A DNA stretch of 64,000 bases from Ferrovibrio terrae (GCA_943368895.1 CALRLV020000001.1:861-64860), one strand, 5' to 3'; numbered from the stretch's first letter, positions 1-10,815 are shown. Numbers and translations: made by a program. The notes: generated from the sequence alone by a model not told the origin.

Positions 1-63
1 TCGAGCAGGCTGAGAACAATGGGCGCTTAGATTTGGCTGCAGCTTATAAGAGGATATCAGCGA

Positions 64-762
64 ATGCCTGATCTAGAGGGCGAAAAGGCTCTTGCCGCGA
101 GGCGTGCTGTCGAGGAGGTCGAGGATGGAATGTTGGTGGGCCTCGGAACAGGTAGTACTGCGTCTTATGCAATCAGGATCCTTGCGGACCGAATGGCAGA
201 AGGACTTAAGTTTAAAGGTACAGCTACGTCGCGGGCAACAGAACTGTTAGCTCAAGGCCTAGGTATAGAGTTGGTCCCATTTGACCGCATTACAAGAGTC
301 GATCTTACGATTGATGGAGCCGACGAAGTCGATAGGCAACTTAGGGCCATCAAAGGAGGAGGCGGCGCGCTGCTGCGCGAGAAGATTGTTGCTTCGGCTT
401 CAGAAAGAACTATCGTCATTGTGGATTCCAGCAAACCAGTAGAACGGCTCGGGCGCTTTCCACTACCAATCGAATTTCTGCCATTCGGAAGAGCGTATGT
501 TCAAGATGCCCTATCTGCGCTCGGTCCGCGGGTAACTCTGCGAATGAAACCAGACCAGACTCCGTTTGTGACCGATCAGGGCTTCAATATATTTGATCTT
601 GTTTTTACCGATGTTTACGACCCTAAGGCGCTCGCCGTCGAGCTCGACGAAATCACTGGCGTTGTCGAGCACGGGCTTTTCCTTACGGAAATAGACACTG
701 TTGTAATTGGGCGTGGCGACACGTTCGAAGTAATTCATCGAAGCGAGGAACCAAGAACATGA
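64..762 (+). CDS. rpiA: Ribose-5-phosphate isomerase A
   Basis: Motifs VGLGTGSTA, DGADEVD, IKGGGGALLREKIVA and GVVEHGLF; GAGGA RBS upstream. Confidence 0.95.
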   Translation: MPDLEGEKALAARRAVEEVEDGMLVGLGTGSTASYAIRILADRMAEGLKFKGTATSRATELLAQGLGIELVPFDRITRVDLTIDGADEVDRQLRAIKGGGGALLREKIVASASERTIVIVDSSKPVERLGRFPLPIEFLPFGRAYVQDALSALGPRVTLRMKPDQTPFVTDQGFNIFDLVFTDVYDPKALAVELDEITGVVEHGLFLTEIDTVVIGRGDTFEVIHRSEEPRT

Positions 763-1832
763 CGGAAACCAGTAACGACCTACCTTTTCAGCCGATACGC
801 AGCTCCCTTTACTCGTCGCGTGAACTGATGGAGGGGTTCATACCAAATGACGGGCAAAGCCTTGCCAATACACCCGATTTTCGTTCTTTTGTGTACTTTG
901 TGAAGAATGGTCGCGCTGCACCGACCGACCCTTACGCAGGTATGATGCAGGCACTTCATGACAATTCCATTCTGCGCGCAATGTATGCTTATCTTAATAA
1001 GGCTGGTCGTCCAGCCGCAGCCATTATGGGAGGGCATCGGGAGGAGCGGGGCTCTAAGACTTACCTTGAGGTGGCACTGCTCGCGAAACGCCTTACTGAG
1101 ACTGGCTTTCTTATGGCAAGCGGCGGCGGCCCAGGCTGCATGGAAGCCACCCATCTAGGCGCTTTGCTCGCTGGACGGTCAGAAGCTGATTTGAATGGTG
1201 CGGTGGAAAAGCTTAAACAGCAGCCCAAGCTGCCAAGCTCCTACGACATCGTAGCTCCAGACGGAACTGTGAATCAGGCGCGCGTCGGTGAAATACACCG
1301 CTGGGCAGTTCCAGCTTTCGAGGTCCTCAAGGAGTTCGAAGAAACGGGTGGGACCAGCCTCGCAGTACCCACTTGGCACTATGGGCACGAGCCGATCTCG
1401 CCGTTGGCCACGCATGTGGCGAAATACTTCTTGAACAGTATCCGCGAGGATGTACTCCTCGCTCTTGCTACCAACGGGATCATCTTCTCTCCAGGACGGG
1501 CAGGGACACTCCAAGAAGTATTCCAAGACGCTGCGCAAAACTATTATGCGAGCGGCTCAGACCCGTTTGCTCCAATGATCTTCTGGGACAAGAAGTTCTG
1601 GACCGAGCAATTGCCGGTAGGCCCGGTCCTCGAAGCGCTTTTCATTAAGCTGAAGTCGACACCTCCTACCGAAGCGGAGAGGCGGCACGAGTATGAGAGG
1701 AAGGTGCTCTTTACCAGCGATATCGATGAAGCCATCGAGTTCCTAGTCGCCGCGCGGCCTAGTACATTTGAAGCATTGAGTCGGCTTGGCACACTTGGCT
1801 TAAAGGGCATGGCAGGGATCACCGCAGAATAA
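759..1832 (+). CDS. LOG/SLOG-family (Rossmann-fold) nucleotide phosphoribohydrolase-like protein
   Basis: SGGGPGCMEA and PGRAGTLQE (LOG PGGxGTxxE-like) motifs; ATGA overlap with rpiA. Confidence 0.75.
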   Translation: MTETSNDLPFQPIRSSLYSSRELMEGFIPNDGQSLANTPDFRSFVYFVKNGRAAPTDPYAGMMQALHDNSILRAMYAYLNKAGRPAAAIMGGHREERGSKTYLEVALLAKRLTETGFLMASGGGPGCMEATHLGALLAGRSEADLNGAVEKLKQQPKLPSSYDIVAPDGTVNQARVGEIHRWAVPAFEVLKEFEETGGTSLAVPTWHYGHEPISPLATHVAKYFLNSIREDVLLALATNGIIFSPGRAGTLQEVFQDAAQNYYASGSDPFAPMIFWDKKFWTEQLPVGPVLEALFIKLKSTPPTEAERRHEYERKVLFTSDIDEAIEFLVAARPSTFEALSRLGTLGLKGMAGITAE

Positions 1833-2204
1833 GAAGTGGGCGCTTTGATTTTTTAGCCTTGGTGCTGGGACACTCAAGTCGCAATTTCAAACACCTTGAC
1901 CGGGAAACGATAGCTCCCTCTTGTTTGATGAGGGGCAATACATCAGTGCGCGACGCTCTAGCTTCAACCGGACTACAGAATGAGTGCACTTCATGTCACC
2001 AAAATCTAAAAGGGTTGCGATCACAAGGCGCAATGCGTTGGCACTGAGGGGCCTGACCCGTGCAGAGGGCTCCCAAGAATCAAATTGAGCCCAAGAGGCA
2101 AAAAATGCACTGGAGGCAAAGTAAACACCCTGTCCAACGAAGCGTACTGATGTCTCCCTCACACCTCTAATTTTCCGTGGCAATGTTTGTAACGTTTGCC
2201 AGAC

Positions 2205-2389
2205 TGCTCTGCCACCTGAAACTTGGACCATTTGGAATTAGAGTTTTTGCCTTAATTTTCCTTGGCTGGACGAGGAGGTTTGGCATGAAAGCATCGAGGT
2301 TCACGGACGCACAGAAAGCGTTCGTCGTGAAGCAAGGCGAGGAAGGAACGCCCATCGCGGAAATCTGTCGCAAGGCAGGGATCAGCTAG
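2205..2389 (+). mobile_element. IS3-family remnant: left end plus truncated OrfA
   Basis: TG-starting end TGCTCTGCCACCTGAAACTTGGACCA; GAGGAGG RBS; MKASRFTDAQKAFVVKQGEEGTPIAEICRKAGIS* (2285-2389) resembles an IS3 OrfA N-terminus ending in a premature stop. Confidence 0.8.
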
Positions 2390-2435
2390 GTAATTTACCG
2401 TTGATTTGCACGGGGGCGAGTACCTCGCATTTGGC

Positions 2436-3650
2436 TCAGGACTGCGCCCAAGCTTCCCAGCGCGCGACCATCGCCGCGCCAATCTCTGGGTTGGCTGACG
2501 CCTTAAACCATTTCGTGAGCTCAGCCCGCAGGTCCAGCAATGCCGCGGCCGTCGCCTCAATTTGCTCGGTAGCTTGCTTGGCCGTCAGACCCGCACGCCT
2601 CTGTCCAAGCTCTATGAGCTTCTGAATTGTTGGCCAGCGAGTTGAACCGTCTAGCGTAAGCGCCATTTGATCCATAGGGAGATAGGCCGTTGTGGTTACG
2701 AGATCGTAGACCGGCGATAAACGCGGGCTATCTGCAAGGCCGTCATAGAGTAGCCCGAAGTTTTTCAAATGCGCATCGCCATTTCCAATTGCGCAATTGA
2801 GCACAATCAATTTGAAGAGTGCACGACTGTCTTCGAGAGCGAACTCCGGATCCACAAATTGGCTCAAGCGCTTGAAAAGGCTGGTCTCAATACTGCCATC
2901 ATACTTGCGGATGGCCCCCTTCCCGTTCAACACACAGAAGTCCTCAAATCCAAGCCAATGATCGCCCGACAAATCGAAACGTTCGATGATCAAGGCTTGA
3001 CCATCGTCGGATAGCTCAAAGACAGGAACTTTGAGACCCAAATTCCGGGCTGCGGTCAGGCAAAAGAATTCGTTTGCTGCAAGTTGGGGGAACTCGCCTT
3101 TGTTCCAGAGTTTAACAATATGGGTGGTCGACTGAAGGCTGATAGATTGGCGGGCTTGGGCATCTGAAAGCTTTTCTGGATCCCGAATTAGAACCTTTGG
3201 CTGAACGCCAGCAATTCCCGATTGGGCCGCATAGCGCTCCATGAGATAGTCAAAGAGGCCATCCTGCCGGCGCGCCCGCAGAATCTCGTCAACCGATTGA
3301 AACGGAACCGCCTGATCAAGCCCCTCGCCGAATGGCGAATAGCGCAGTCGCCCCAATTGTGTGCGCCCTGTGATCGACAAGAGGTCCAGGTCATCAAACC
3401 TGCCTGTTGCCTTGCCAAACTGGCGCTGCAGTCGGTCCCGGAGAGCACCTTCGGGTAAATTCATCTCGAAGATAGGCGCAAGGCCAACAGGCCAATTCCA
3501 GGATGTTAGCCGACTGGGCATGGTCAGAGAGACTGATCGGCTATGATCAAGTGGCGGTGTATAGGCAAACGTCGACCCGCTTGCGCCATTACGATCCAAC
3601 ACACCGCTGGCTTGATGGCCATCACCGCTCTCGGTCCAAACCTGGATCAT
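2436..3650 (-). CDS. hipA: HipA-family toxin kinase (type II TA)
   Basis: N-terminal coupling domain, SGIAGVQPK loop, GNGDAHLKNFG and PVYDLV motifs. Confidence 0.9.
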   Translation of the reverse strand: MIQVWTESGDGHQASGVLDRNGASGSTFAYTPPLDHSRSVSLTMPSRLTSWNWPVGLAPIFEMNLPEGALRDRLQRQFGKATGRFDDLDLLSITGRTQLGRLRYSPFGEGLDQAVPFQSVDEILRARRQDGLFDYLMERYAAQSGIAGVQPKVLIRDPEKLSDAQARQSISLQSTTHIVKLWNKGEFPQLAANEFFCLTAARNLGLKVPVFELSDDGQALIIERFDLSGDHWLGFEDFCVLNGKGAIRKYDGSIETSLFKRLSQFVDPEFALEDSRALFKLIVLNCAIGNGDAHLKNFGLLYDGLADSPRLSPVYDLVTTTAYLPMDQMALTLDGSTRWPTIQKLIELGQRRAGLTAKQATEQIEATAAALLDLRAELTKWFKASANPEIGAAMVARWEAWAQS

Positions 3651-3901
3651 CCGTCATTATCCTTTACGAGATCGTCAAGGGTCGGGCGACCATGGTTGAA
3701 AGCTTGAAGAGTAAGATCAAGGTCGAGGACCCTCAGGACACGTAAGATGAGAACAATCCCCATATCACCAAGCTTATCGTTTTCTAGCCGCTCGATTTGC
3801 GCACGACTAATGCCTGCGCGCGCCGCAAGGGCGGCCTGCGTGAGCTTCCGCCCCTTTCTCGTTTCTCGAATTTGTTGGGCGATGTCTGTAAGCTGCAACA
3901 T
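3647..3901 (-). CDS. hipB: HipB-like XRE HTH antitoxin
   Basis: IRETRKGRKLTQAALAARAGISRAQIERLEN HTH; overlaps the hipA start. Start placed at MLQLTD (3901) because the upstream extension in the ORF track contains the promoter and operators. Confidence 0.85.
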   Translation of the reverse strand: MLQLTDIAQQIRETRKGRKLTQAALAARAGISRAQIERLENDKLGDMGIVLILRVLRVLDLDLTLQAFNHGRPTLDDLVKDNDG

Positions 3902-3916
3902 AGAGATGGCCTCATT

Positions 3917-3974
3917 TGCAGCATATATGCGTGAAGTGGCATCCAATGTCAATTTCTGCATCATATATGCGTGA
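3917..3974 (-). promoter_or_regulatory. hipBA promoter with two candidate antitoxin operators
   Basis: TGCA(G/T)CATATATGCGTGA occurs at 3917-3934 and 3957-3974 with a palindromic CATATATG core; minus-strand TTGACA (3947-3952) lies between the copies, 17 bp from CATATA. Confidence 0.7.
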
Positions 3975-3995
3975 TTTTTAGTGACGCGATGTCTG

Positions 3996-4192
3996 CGGCG
4001 ACTTTTGGCCGAAAACGCCTTGCCTGCATTGGAGGGGTGCTACGTCGAAAGCGGCCGCTCTTAAGCAAATGGGTTCCCCAAATAACTGGCTGGATTCTAA
4101 GGGGCTGGGTCAAAACTGTCCGTATTTCGGCGACTTTTGGCCGAAAGGGGATGGTCTGCTTTAGGGGGTGTGCGCGGCGAAAGCGGACGTTT
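3996..4192. repeat. Two tandem right-half copies of the palindromic intergenic element
   Basis: CGGCGACTTTTGGCCGAAA...GAAAGCGG(A/C)CG at about 3996-4058 and 4112-4192; the second copy is nearly identical to 23621-23698. Confidence 0.8.
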
Positions 4193-4397
4193 AGCGAAAG
4201 GGCGCACTCTCTTCAGACATCGGCGAATATTCCAAGTCAGCGCTTCCTAGAGAGTATCGCAAGTTTATAATTGTGTTTTGGTCCAATCCCTCAAGGATTC
4301 ACCCAGTTCGATCAAAAAATTAGGTTTCAATTAATCAAAGTAAAATGAAGATTTGTTATTTACATGATTTGATTGGCTAAATAGCTCATTCAAGGCC

Positions 4398-5660
4398 TTG
4401 TCGATGTTGCGATTGCGTAAATTTCGGCGTTCACAGAAGCGCCGAGCGCGCGGAGGTAATTTGTCGCTCGTCGCTGCTATCAGCGTCGTGCCTCTTGCCA
4501 TGATTGTTGCAATGACCTCAGAGCTTGTTGCATTAAGTTCAGAAAAAGCCCTTATGCAAGCGGCTACGGATGCCGCAGCCCTATCCGGGGCGCAGAATTT
4601 AACCCTTGTAGGGGCAACCGCTCGGCAGTCGACAGCCGATGTTGAACGCTTTGCAATGGCACAAGTTGGCCAATTCGCTAGCCGGGCCACGGTTTCGTTT
4701 CAGGCCACTCAAGGCAGCGATGGCAGCTACACAGTTCAGGGCTTGGCAGTGCGGTCTTCCTTTTTCGGAGACCTAGTCCCGCCGGGCGGCTTTCGCATTG
4801 AAGTGACGTCGATTGCAGAATCTATGCAGGTTCAGCCTTTGTGCATTATTGGTGACGATGCCACGGTAGGCGGCAAAGCCATTACTGCAGTCAACAACAG
4901 CAGCATCCGCGCGCTGAACTGCCTCGTGCACGCCAATAGTAATTTTGAACTGACCAACAGTGCGACTGTTGAGGCTGGCACCCCGCGCGCAACTGGTGTT
5001 GCCTCCGGCTCAGGATTCACGCCAGCAGCTAATTCCGGTGCTCTGAAGATGGATGATCCATTTAGGTCGCGGGCGATAACGATGCCTATGGCTTGCACCT
5101 CGGTCCCGCAAGGTGGTTCGCAAACACACTCAGCAGGGACTGTAACTCTGGCCCCTGGCATGCACCGCACAGAATATACGATGACCGGCAATTCAGTAAT
5201 CAAGCTTGAGCCCGGTGAACATTATTTTTGCAAGAACCTTAAGCTTCTCGGAAATGGCCGTTTAGAAGGCGATGACGTGCTGCTCATGTTCAATGGCGGC
5301 AATTCCCTTCAAGCCGGCGGCAATAGCAGCGTATCTTTGTCAGGGCGTCGCACTGGGAATTGGGCAGGCTTTGTGATTGTCTCGACACGCACCAATTATC
5401 ACAATTTCACAATCGCCTCGAGCAATGTCGATAAACTTCTGGGAACCATCTATTTGCCGATGACGCGTCTAATAGTCAGCTCGACGGGCGAGGTTGCTGA
5501 AGGGTCACAGTGGAGTGTGATTGTGGCACGAAACATCAACCTATCGAACAACGCCCGCCTCGTAATTAACTCAGATTACGAAGGCTCTCCTGTGCCGGTG
5601 CCTATAGGTGTCGGAAATCAAGCTGGGGGAACAAATGTTCCCTTGCGGCTGAGGGAATAG
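4398..5660 (+). CDS. TadG-like Flp-pilus pseudopilin/adhesin
   Basis: N-terminal hydrophobic segment followed by the TadG-like ALMQAATDAAALSGA motif; beta-rich C-terminal domain (LAPGMH, GTIYLP). Confidence 0.7.
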   Translation: MSMLRLRKFRRSQKRRARGGNLSLVAAISVVPLAMIVAMTSELVALSSEKALMQAATDAAALSGAQNLTLVGATARQSTADVERFAMAQVGQFASRATVSFQATQGSDGSYTVQGLAVRSSFFGDLVPPGGFRIEVTSIAESMQVQPLCIIGDDATVGGKAITAVNNSSIRALNCLVHANSNFELTNSATVEAGTPRATGVASGSGFTPAANSGALKMDDPFRSRAITMPMACTSVPQGGSQTHSAGTVTLAPGMHRTEYTMTGNSVIKLEPGEHYFCKNLKLLGNGRLEGDDVLLMFNGGNSLQAGGNSSVSLSGRRTGNWAGFVIVSTRTNYHNFTIASSNVDKLLGTIYLPMTRLIVSSTGEVAEGSQWSVIVARNINLSNNARLVINSDYEGSPVPVPIGVGNQAGGTNVPLRLRE

Positions 5661-5766
5661 TCAAACTCCGCGCCTGTTTTGATTTAAGGGCGCTGGGTAT
5701 CACTCGGCTCACTTCAAAGCATCAAACCTTCGAATAGGCCTGCCATGCCAGTTATGAAATTCAAAC

Positions 5767-6531
5767 TTACTGTTGAGGTCCAGATCCTCGAATAGCATGG
5801 CCAAGGGCTGCGGCACCTTGAAGGATGAAATCATGATCGGACCCAAGCACAAAGAGGCTAGCCCCTTTCTCGCGCCACATTGGTACATCGCTGGCGCGGC
5901 CAAGGAACATGCCGGTGACCCTTCCTGCGGCTTTTCCTGCCGCCACAATCCGGTCGACCGCCGCAACAACAATTTCATCATCAGGCGTTGGCGCACCATA
6001 GGCGACAGTTAGGTCCGCTCGGCCGATAAACAGCGCGTCGATGCCATCCACTCGGGCAATAGCGTCAATGTCTTCTACCGCTTCGACATCTTCAATCTGT
6101 GCAATGACGATTACATCTTTTGCGGTTTCGCGATGTTTCGTCATGCCCTTGGTCGTGTAGCCAGCCGATCGGCTCGAGCCAGCAAATCCACGCCCGCCCC
6201 GGCCATAGTGGCAGGCCTTCACGGCATCGGCAGCTTCTTCGACACTTCGAATATGGGGCAGGACAACGCCATCTGCACCGCAATCGAGCGCATTGAGGAT
6301 TTGCTCATGGCTACTGGAAGCAGGTCTTACAAGGACGGGCTTTCCATAGGCTCGTGCTGCCAGAATGCACAAATCCAAAGTCGTGCGATCAAAAGGGGCA
6401 TGCTCCGCATCGAGGACCAAACAGTCTAAAGTACTGAGGCTCAAGACTTCGACAATGATCGGGCTTGGCGTCTTGACCCATGTAGCGGCAATGACTTCAC
6501 CCGCGCGCAACTTGTCTCGAAAGGCAATCAC
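5767..6531 (-). CDS. HpcH/HpaI aldolase family protein
   Basis: LDAEHAP, AQIED and DALFIGRADL motifs; GTG start overlaps the upstream stop. Confidence 0.85.
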   Translation of the reverse strand: MIAFRDKLRAGEVIAATWVKTPSPIIVEVLSLSTLDCLVLDAEHAPFDRTTLDLCILAARAYGKPVLVRPASSSHEQILNALDCGADGVVLPHIRSVEEAADAVKACHYGRGGRGFAGSSRSAGYTTKGMTKHRETAKDVIVIAQIEDVEAVEDIDAIARVDGIDALFIGRADLTVAYGAPTPDDEIVVAAVDRIVAAGKAAGRVTGMFLGRASDVPMWREKGASLFVLGSDHDFILQGAAALGHAIRGSGPQQ

Positions 6532-7679
6532 GCTGCTTTGCTCCAGAGTTTTGTGCTGGCCAGTTCGGCACCGTCCACGAGTGTCTTTAGTTTTGCCCAA
6601 ACAATCTCGGGATCAACCGCGCCGAACCCGGCAAACGTCGAGAACCCACAATCGGTACCTGCAATGACGCGTTCGCGACCGATAATTCCGGCAAAACGTT
6701 CAATGCGTTCAGCGACAACCCGGGGATGCTCTATAAAATTGGTAGTTGAATCGATGACGCCCGGAATCAGGAATTTGTCATCGGGAATGATGGCCAGCAT
6801 CTCAACAAAATAGTTCCAGTCATGTTGGTGACGTGGATTGGAGGTCTCAAACAATAAGCCAGCCGGCTTAGCTTTCATCAGCGTAGGTAAGATCACACCC
6901 ATCTCAACATCATGATGGTGGGGCCCCTCATAATTACCCCAACAGACGTGCATCCGAACACGCTCTGCAGGCACATTGCGAAGCGCATAGTTTAGCACAT
7001 CAACATGGGTGCCGATGAGATTGAGATAGTCCTCATCGCTGCGATCCTTATACATCATATGCCGCCCAAGCCCTAAATCTGGGCTGTCGAGTTGCAAGAT
7101 CAGGCCAGCGGCGACGATTGCTTCATATTCAGGCCGCATAGCTTCGGCGAGCGCTTCGAGATAATCGTCTTGAGTTGCATAGTGCTCATTGGGCTGGAAC
7201 AGCGCGATAACGCCGGGTGATGCCGCATTCATAAAACCTGCAACGGGCTTATGCTTGGCAATAGCAGCAGCCATAAAGCCTAGGTCCGCTTTTAGAGGTT
7301 CCATAGACTTCACCGCGACCGGCCCAACACATTTCGGCCGCCGATAGGTCGGCGTGCCACCACCACTGGCTTGGCGATTCAGAAAGCTAGGGAACGCTTC
7401 GAGGTCAGAGGGAGGGGTCCGCGGGCTATCACCATCAAAACCTGTGATGCGATCCTTGATATAGGTCGCATAGGATATCTTAGACATTTCGCCATCTGAA
7501 ACCAGATCGATACCAACCCGAACTTGGTTGGCAACGGTCTCATCAACGGCTCTGCCAATCACATCATCAAACTGGGCCTGGTCAATCGGATCACCGCGCT
7601 CGGCGGCAAAGATCAGATCGGTAACGGCCTTTGAGCGCGGCAATGATCCGACATGTGTGGTTAAAATGCGCTCGCTCAT
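6528..7679 (-). CDS. Cobalamin-independent methionine synthase II (MetE-like) family Zn enzyme
   Basis: TTHVGSLPR, SDGEM, HVCWGN (HxC Zn ligands), PGVIDST and TDCGF motifs. Confidence 0.85.
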   Translation of the reverse strand: MSERILTTHVGSLPRSKAVTDLIFAAERGDPIDQAQFDDVIGRAVDETVANQVRVGIDLVSDGEMSKISYATYIKDRITGFDGDSPRTPPSDLEAFPSFLNRQASGGGTPTYRRPKCVGPVAVKSMEPLKADLGFMAAAIAKHKPVAGFMNAASPGVIALFQPNEHYATQDDYLEALAEAMRPEYEAIVAAGLILQLDSPDLGLGRHMMYKDRSDEDYLNLIGTHVDVLNYALRNVPAERVRMHVCWGNYEGPHHHDVEMGVILPTLMKAKPAGLLFETSNPRHQHDWNYFVEMLAIIPDDKFLIPGVIDSTTNFIEHPRVVAERIERFAGIIGRERVIAGTDCGFSTFAGFGAVDPEIVWAKLKTLVDGAELASTKLWSKAA

Positions 7680-8413
7680 ACGTTCATCTCCTGCTTCAGC
7701 TTTGTTTGTAGGTTGGTGAGCCAGCATGAAATGGCTCGTCTGAAGGTGGCTGGCTGCTCCAGCGGCAACAAATGGCCAGCGCCTTTAACTTCAACAAAGT
7801 TGGCGCGGTTGTTGCTCGCTGCCATGGCGGCGTGCCAAGCGGGCGGACATAAGCTGTCGTCTGCTCCGGCAAGCACAAGGATTGGGCCAGCAAAGTTGTT
7901 AATCACGTTGCACAATGCGGGGCGGGTTCGTAGGGCCTCGCTTTGGCGCAAGAAGACCTCTCGACCAAGGTCCAGACCCATTTCCAAAGTTAAGTCGAGG
8001 ATTTGCGCGCGCTTGTCGCCTTGGGTAGCAGGACTCAGATAATGGGGCTTCAGTTCATCGCGAACGATTGTGCTCAATCGGCCGTCTCGGACTTGGGCTT
8101 GTTGGGATAGTCTTGCGGCCGATCTTTCAGGTAAATCTGCGGTGCAATTGGTGCTCGAAAGAACCATCCCGACTAAGCGATCTGGTGCCAGTTTAGCCAT
8201 CATAAGGGCCACAATAGCGCCCATCGAAAAGCCTATCGGAATAATTGGACCTTCAATATGCTTCAAGACATCTTGTGCCAAAGCTTCGATGCTATCGAAG
8301 TGGGTAATTGCGGCAAACACACTTGGATAAGCTTCGATGGTCCCCACTTCCCGCCAAAGCCTGTGGTCGCACATATGGCCTGCGATCCACACCAAGGTTG
8401 GCGGCGGGCTCAC
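7676..8413 (-). CDS. Alpha/beta hydrolase
   Basis: GFSMG nucleophile elbow, GADD and GAGHLLPLE. Confidence 0.85.
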   Translation of the reverse strand: MSPPPTLVWIAGHMCDHRLWREVGTIEAYPSVFAAITHFDSIEALAQDVLKHIEGPIIPIGFSMGAIVALMMAKLAPDRLVGMVLSSTNCTADLPERSAARLSQQAQVRDGRLSTIVRDELKPHYLSPATQGDKRAQILDLTLEMGLDLGREVFLRQSEALRTRPALCNVINNFAGPILVLAGADDSLCPPAWHAAMAASNNRANFVEVKGAGHLLPLEQPATFRRAISCWLTNLQTKLKQEMNV

Positions 8414-9444
8414 AGCAAGCGCGCCGACCGCCCAGTTAGCAATTCCCCAGCGAACAAGCGCTGTTCTGGAGAAATGTCTGGGCTCTCAATACGCTCCAAC
8501 AACATTGCGACAGCGGCTTGGGTCATGCGCCGCACGGGCTGGCGTACCGTCGTCAATTGATAGGCTTCCCAAGTTGCCGGACTAACGCCGTCAAAACCAG
8601 TGATGGACAATTCGTTTGGAACCTTCTTGCCGATGATGTTCCGTGCTGTGTCCATGGCCCCAATCGCCATCAAATCATTGACGCAGATCAGCGCATCCAA
8701 TTTGCCATCGGTCAGCTCCATGAGAGCTTTCAAGCCAGCGCCACCACTCTCATAATCAAACTGGCCGCGGACAAATTCTGCTTTGATACCGTGATGGGCG
8801 AGGCGATTGATCGCGGCATTGGCGCGCTCTTCGCCAACATAGGAGTCGGCGGGGCCGCCGATAATCCCGAAGCATGTGTGGCCAGCCTGTACCAAGCCAT
8901 CCACCAACGCGCGCTCACCAAGGTCTGAGTCACAACAGACACTTGCAACCGGGACGCCCTCCCCAACCCGGTTATAGAGAACCAAGGGCACGCCACGATT
9001 GGAGAAGGCAACCAATTGCTCCGTAGACAGACGAGCAGCTACAATCGCGCCGTCGACACGGTAGCGCCAAACCTGGCCCAAAACCTCTTCCACGTCGGAT
9101 TCAGCAGCCAAACTAAAGAGAAGCACGCGCACACCATGCTGTGACAAGCGTTGGGTGAGTTCGGCCAAGACCTCAGGATAATAGAGATTTGTTAGATTGG
9201 AAATAATGATCGCGACGAGGTTTGAGCGTTTAGTGATCAGACCCTGCGCAATGGCATTTGGCTCATAGCCTAGTGCTTGAGCTGCCTCTACAATGCGAGC
9301 CCGTGTGGCGGGGGCAACCGAAGCACCTTTTCTAAAAGCCCGGCTGACCGCCGACTGGGACACACCAGCTCGGCGCGCAACATCATAGGACGTTACCCCA
9401 GTCTTTTCCTGTGTGGTTTGGTCAAGCGGCTTCTTTTTTGCCAT
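8410..9444 (-). CDS. LacI-family transcriptional regulator
   Basis: [23 protein letters not shown]; CVNDLMAIG and LTTVRQP ligand-binding domain; start taken at MAKKK. Confidence 0.92.
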   Translation of the reverse strand: MAKKKPLDQTTQEKTGVTSYDVARRAGVSQSAVSRAFRKGASVAPATRARIVEAAQALGYEPNAIAQGLITKRSNLVAIIISNLTNLYYPEVLAELTQRLSQHGVRVLLFSLAAESDVEEVLGQVWRYRVDGAIVAARLSTEQLVAFSNRGVPLVLYNRVGEGVPVASVCCDSDLGERALVDGLVQAGHTCFGIIGGPADSYVGEERANAAINRLAHHGIKAEFVRGQFDYESGGAGLKALMELTDGKLDALICVNDLMAIGAMDTARNIIGKKVPNELSITGFDGVSPATWEAYQLTTVRQPVRRMTQAAVAMLLERIESPDISPEQRLFAGELLTGRSARLL

Positions 9445-10711
9445 AACGTCGCACCCGAATATCTGCCTGCTCTTTGTGGCCTGCAAAGCCTTCAATAGCG
9501 CAAAGGCGCGAGCAATACTCACCTATCATCACACTGGCCTCATCGGTCAAGACGCGCTGATAGGTGCAGGTCTTGATGAATTTTCCAACCCAAAGCCCAC
9601 CTGTGAAGCGTGCATTGCCGCGCGTCGGTAATGTGTGATTGGTTCCAATGACCTTATCGCCATAGCTGACATTAGTCCGTGCGCCCAAAAAGAGTGCGCC
9701 ATAATTGGTCATATTATTCAAGAAGTAATCGGGGTCACGGGTCATCACCTGAACATGTTCGGACGCGATTTTGTCAGCAATCGTGACCATCTCCTCGTAG
9801 CTGTCTGCGACGATGACTTGCCCATAATCAGCCCATGCCTTTCCTGCGATTGCAGCCGTTGGCAAAGTCGTGAGCTGACGCTCAATCTCGGCCATTGTGT
9901 CGTGCGCAAGCTTCTCACTATTGGTCAAAAGAACGGCAGGTGAGTTAGGACCATGCTCAGCTTGCCCCAACAAGTCAGCAGCGCAGAGCTCTCCATCGAC
10001 GCTATCGTCTGCAATGACAAGGGTCTCGGTGGGACCTGCCAGAAGGTCTATGCCGATCCGGCCAAAAAGTTGGCGCTTGGCCTCGGCGACATAGGCATTG
10101 CCTGGACCTACAATCATGTCGACTGGCGCAATCGTAGAGGTTCCAAGCGCCATGGCCGCAACGGCCTGCACGCCACCGATACAATAAATTTCGTCCGCCC
10201 CGGCCATTTGCATCGCAACAACGATGGCAGGATTTGGGACCCCTTGATAGGGCGGGGCGACCGATACAATCCGCTTCACCCCAGCGACCTTTGCAGTCAC
10301 CACACTCATATGCGCGGAGGCAACCAATGGATATTTGCCGCCCGGCACATAACAACCCACGCTGTTCACCGGCAGATTCTTATGCCCCAAAACAACGCCG
10401 GGGAGTGTCTCTACTTCAACGTCTTTGAGCGCGTCTCTTTGGATCTGAGCAAAGTTGCGCACTTGCTCCTGCGCGAAACGGATGTCTTCGATCGTCTGTG
10501 GGCTGAGCGCGCGATAAGCGGCATCAATTGCATCTTGACCAAGCCTAAAATCATCGGGAGCCCAATTGTCGAATTTCGACGACCAATAGCGCACAGCATC
10601 ATCGCCTCTGGCTTTGATGTCTTGAATAATAGCCTCAACCGTTGCTCGAACATCAGCATCGGCTTCCTCAGCCGCAATCTCACTGATTCCGGTTTTAAGA
10701 TACTTGGCCAA
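9422..10711 (-). CDS. Histidinol dehydrogenase paralogue (HisD/HpsN family)
   Basis: [37 protein letters not shown] and GTNHTLPT motifs; context is catabolic, with no other his genes. Confidence 0.88.
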   Translation of the reverse strand: MAKYLKTGISEIAAEEADADVRATVEAIIQDIKARGDDAVRYWSSKFDNWAPDDFRLGQDAIDAAYRALSPQTIEDIRFAQEQVRNFAQIQRDALKDVEVETLPGVVLGHKNLPVNSVGCYVPGGKYPLVASAHMSVVTAKVAGVKRIVSVAPPYQGVPNPAIVVAMQMAGADEIYCIGGVQAVAAMALGTSTIAPVDMIVGPGNAYVAEAKRQLFGRIGIDLLAGPTETLVIADDSVDGELCAADLLGQAEHGPNSPAVLLTNSEKLAHDTMAEIERQLTTLPTAAIAGKAWADYGQVIVADSYEEMVTIADKIASEHVQVMTRDPDYFLNNMTNYGALFLGARTNVSYGDKVIGTNHTLPTRGNARFTGGLWVGKFIKTCTYQRVLTDEASVMIGEYCSRLCAIEGFAGHKEQADIRVRRYGKKEAA

Positions 10712-10765
10712 ACCAGCCTCCCAAAGCTTGAAACTTACCTCTGTTGCACGCTACGCTAAAGGAAA

Positions 10766-10780
10766 TGACTGCGAATGCAA
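10766..10780. promoter_or_regulatory. Candidate LacI operator 1
   Basis: TGACTGCGAATGCAA between the divergent hisD-like and SDR genes; matches the copies at 14324 and 17133 with one mismatch. Confidence 0.65.
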
Positions 10781-10815
10781 AGACCAAATTGCGTAAACAA
10801 GAATGGGATACAGTT

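Noticed and set aside
9422-10711. Calling this gene hisD or hpsN
   Set aside because: No his operon genes and no recognisable sulfonate pathway genes nearby; the substrate cannot be assigned from sequence.
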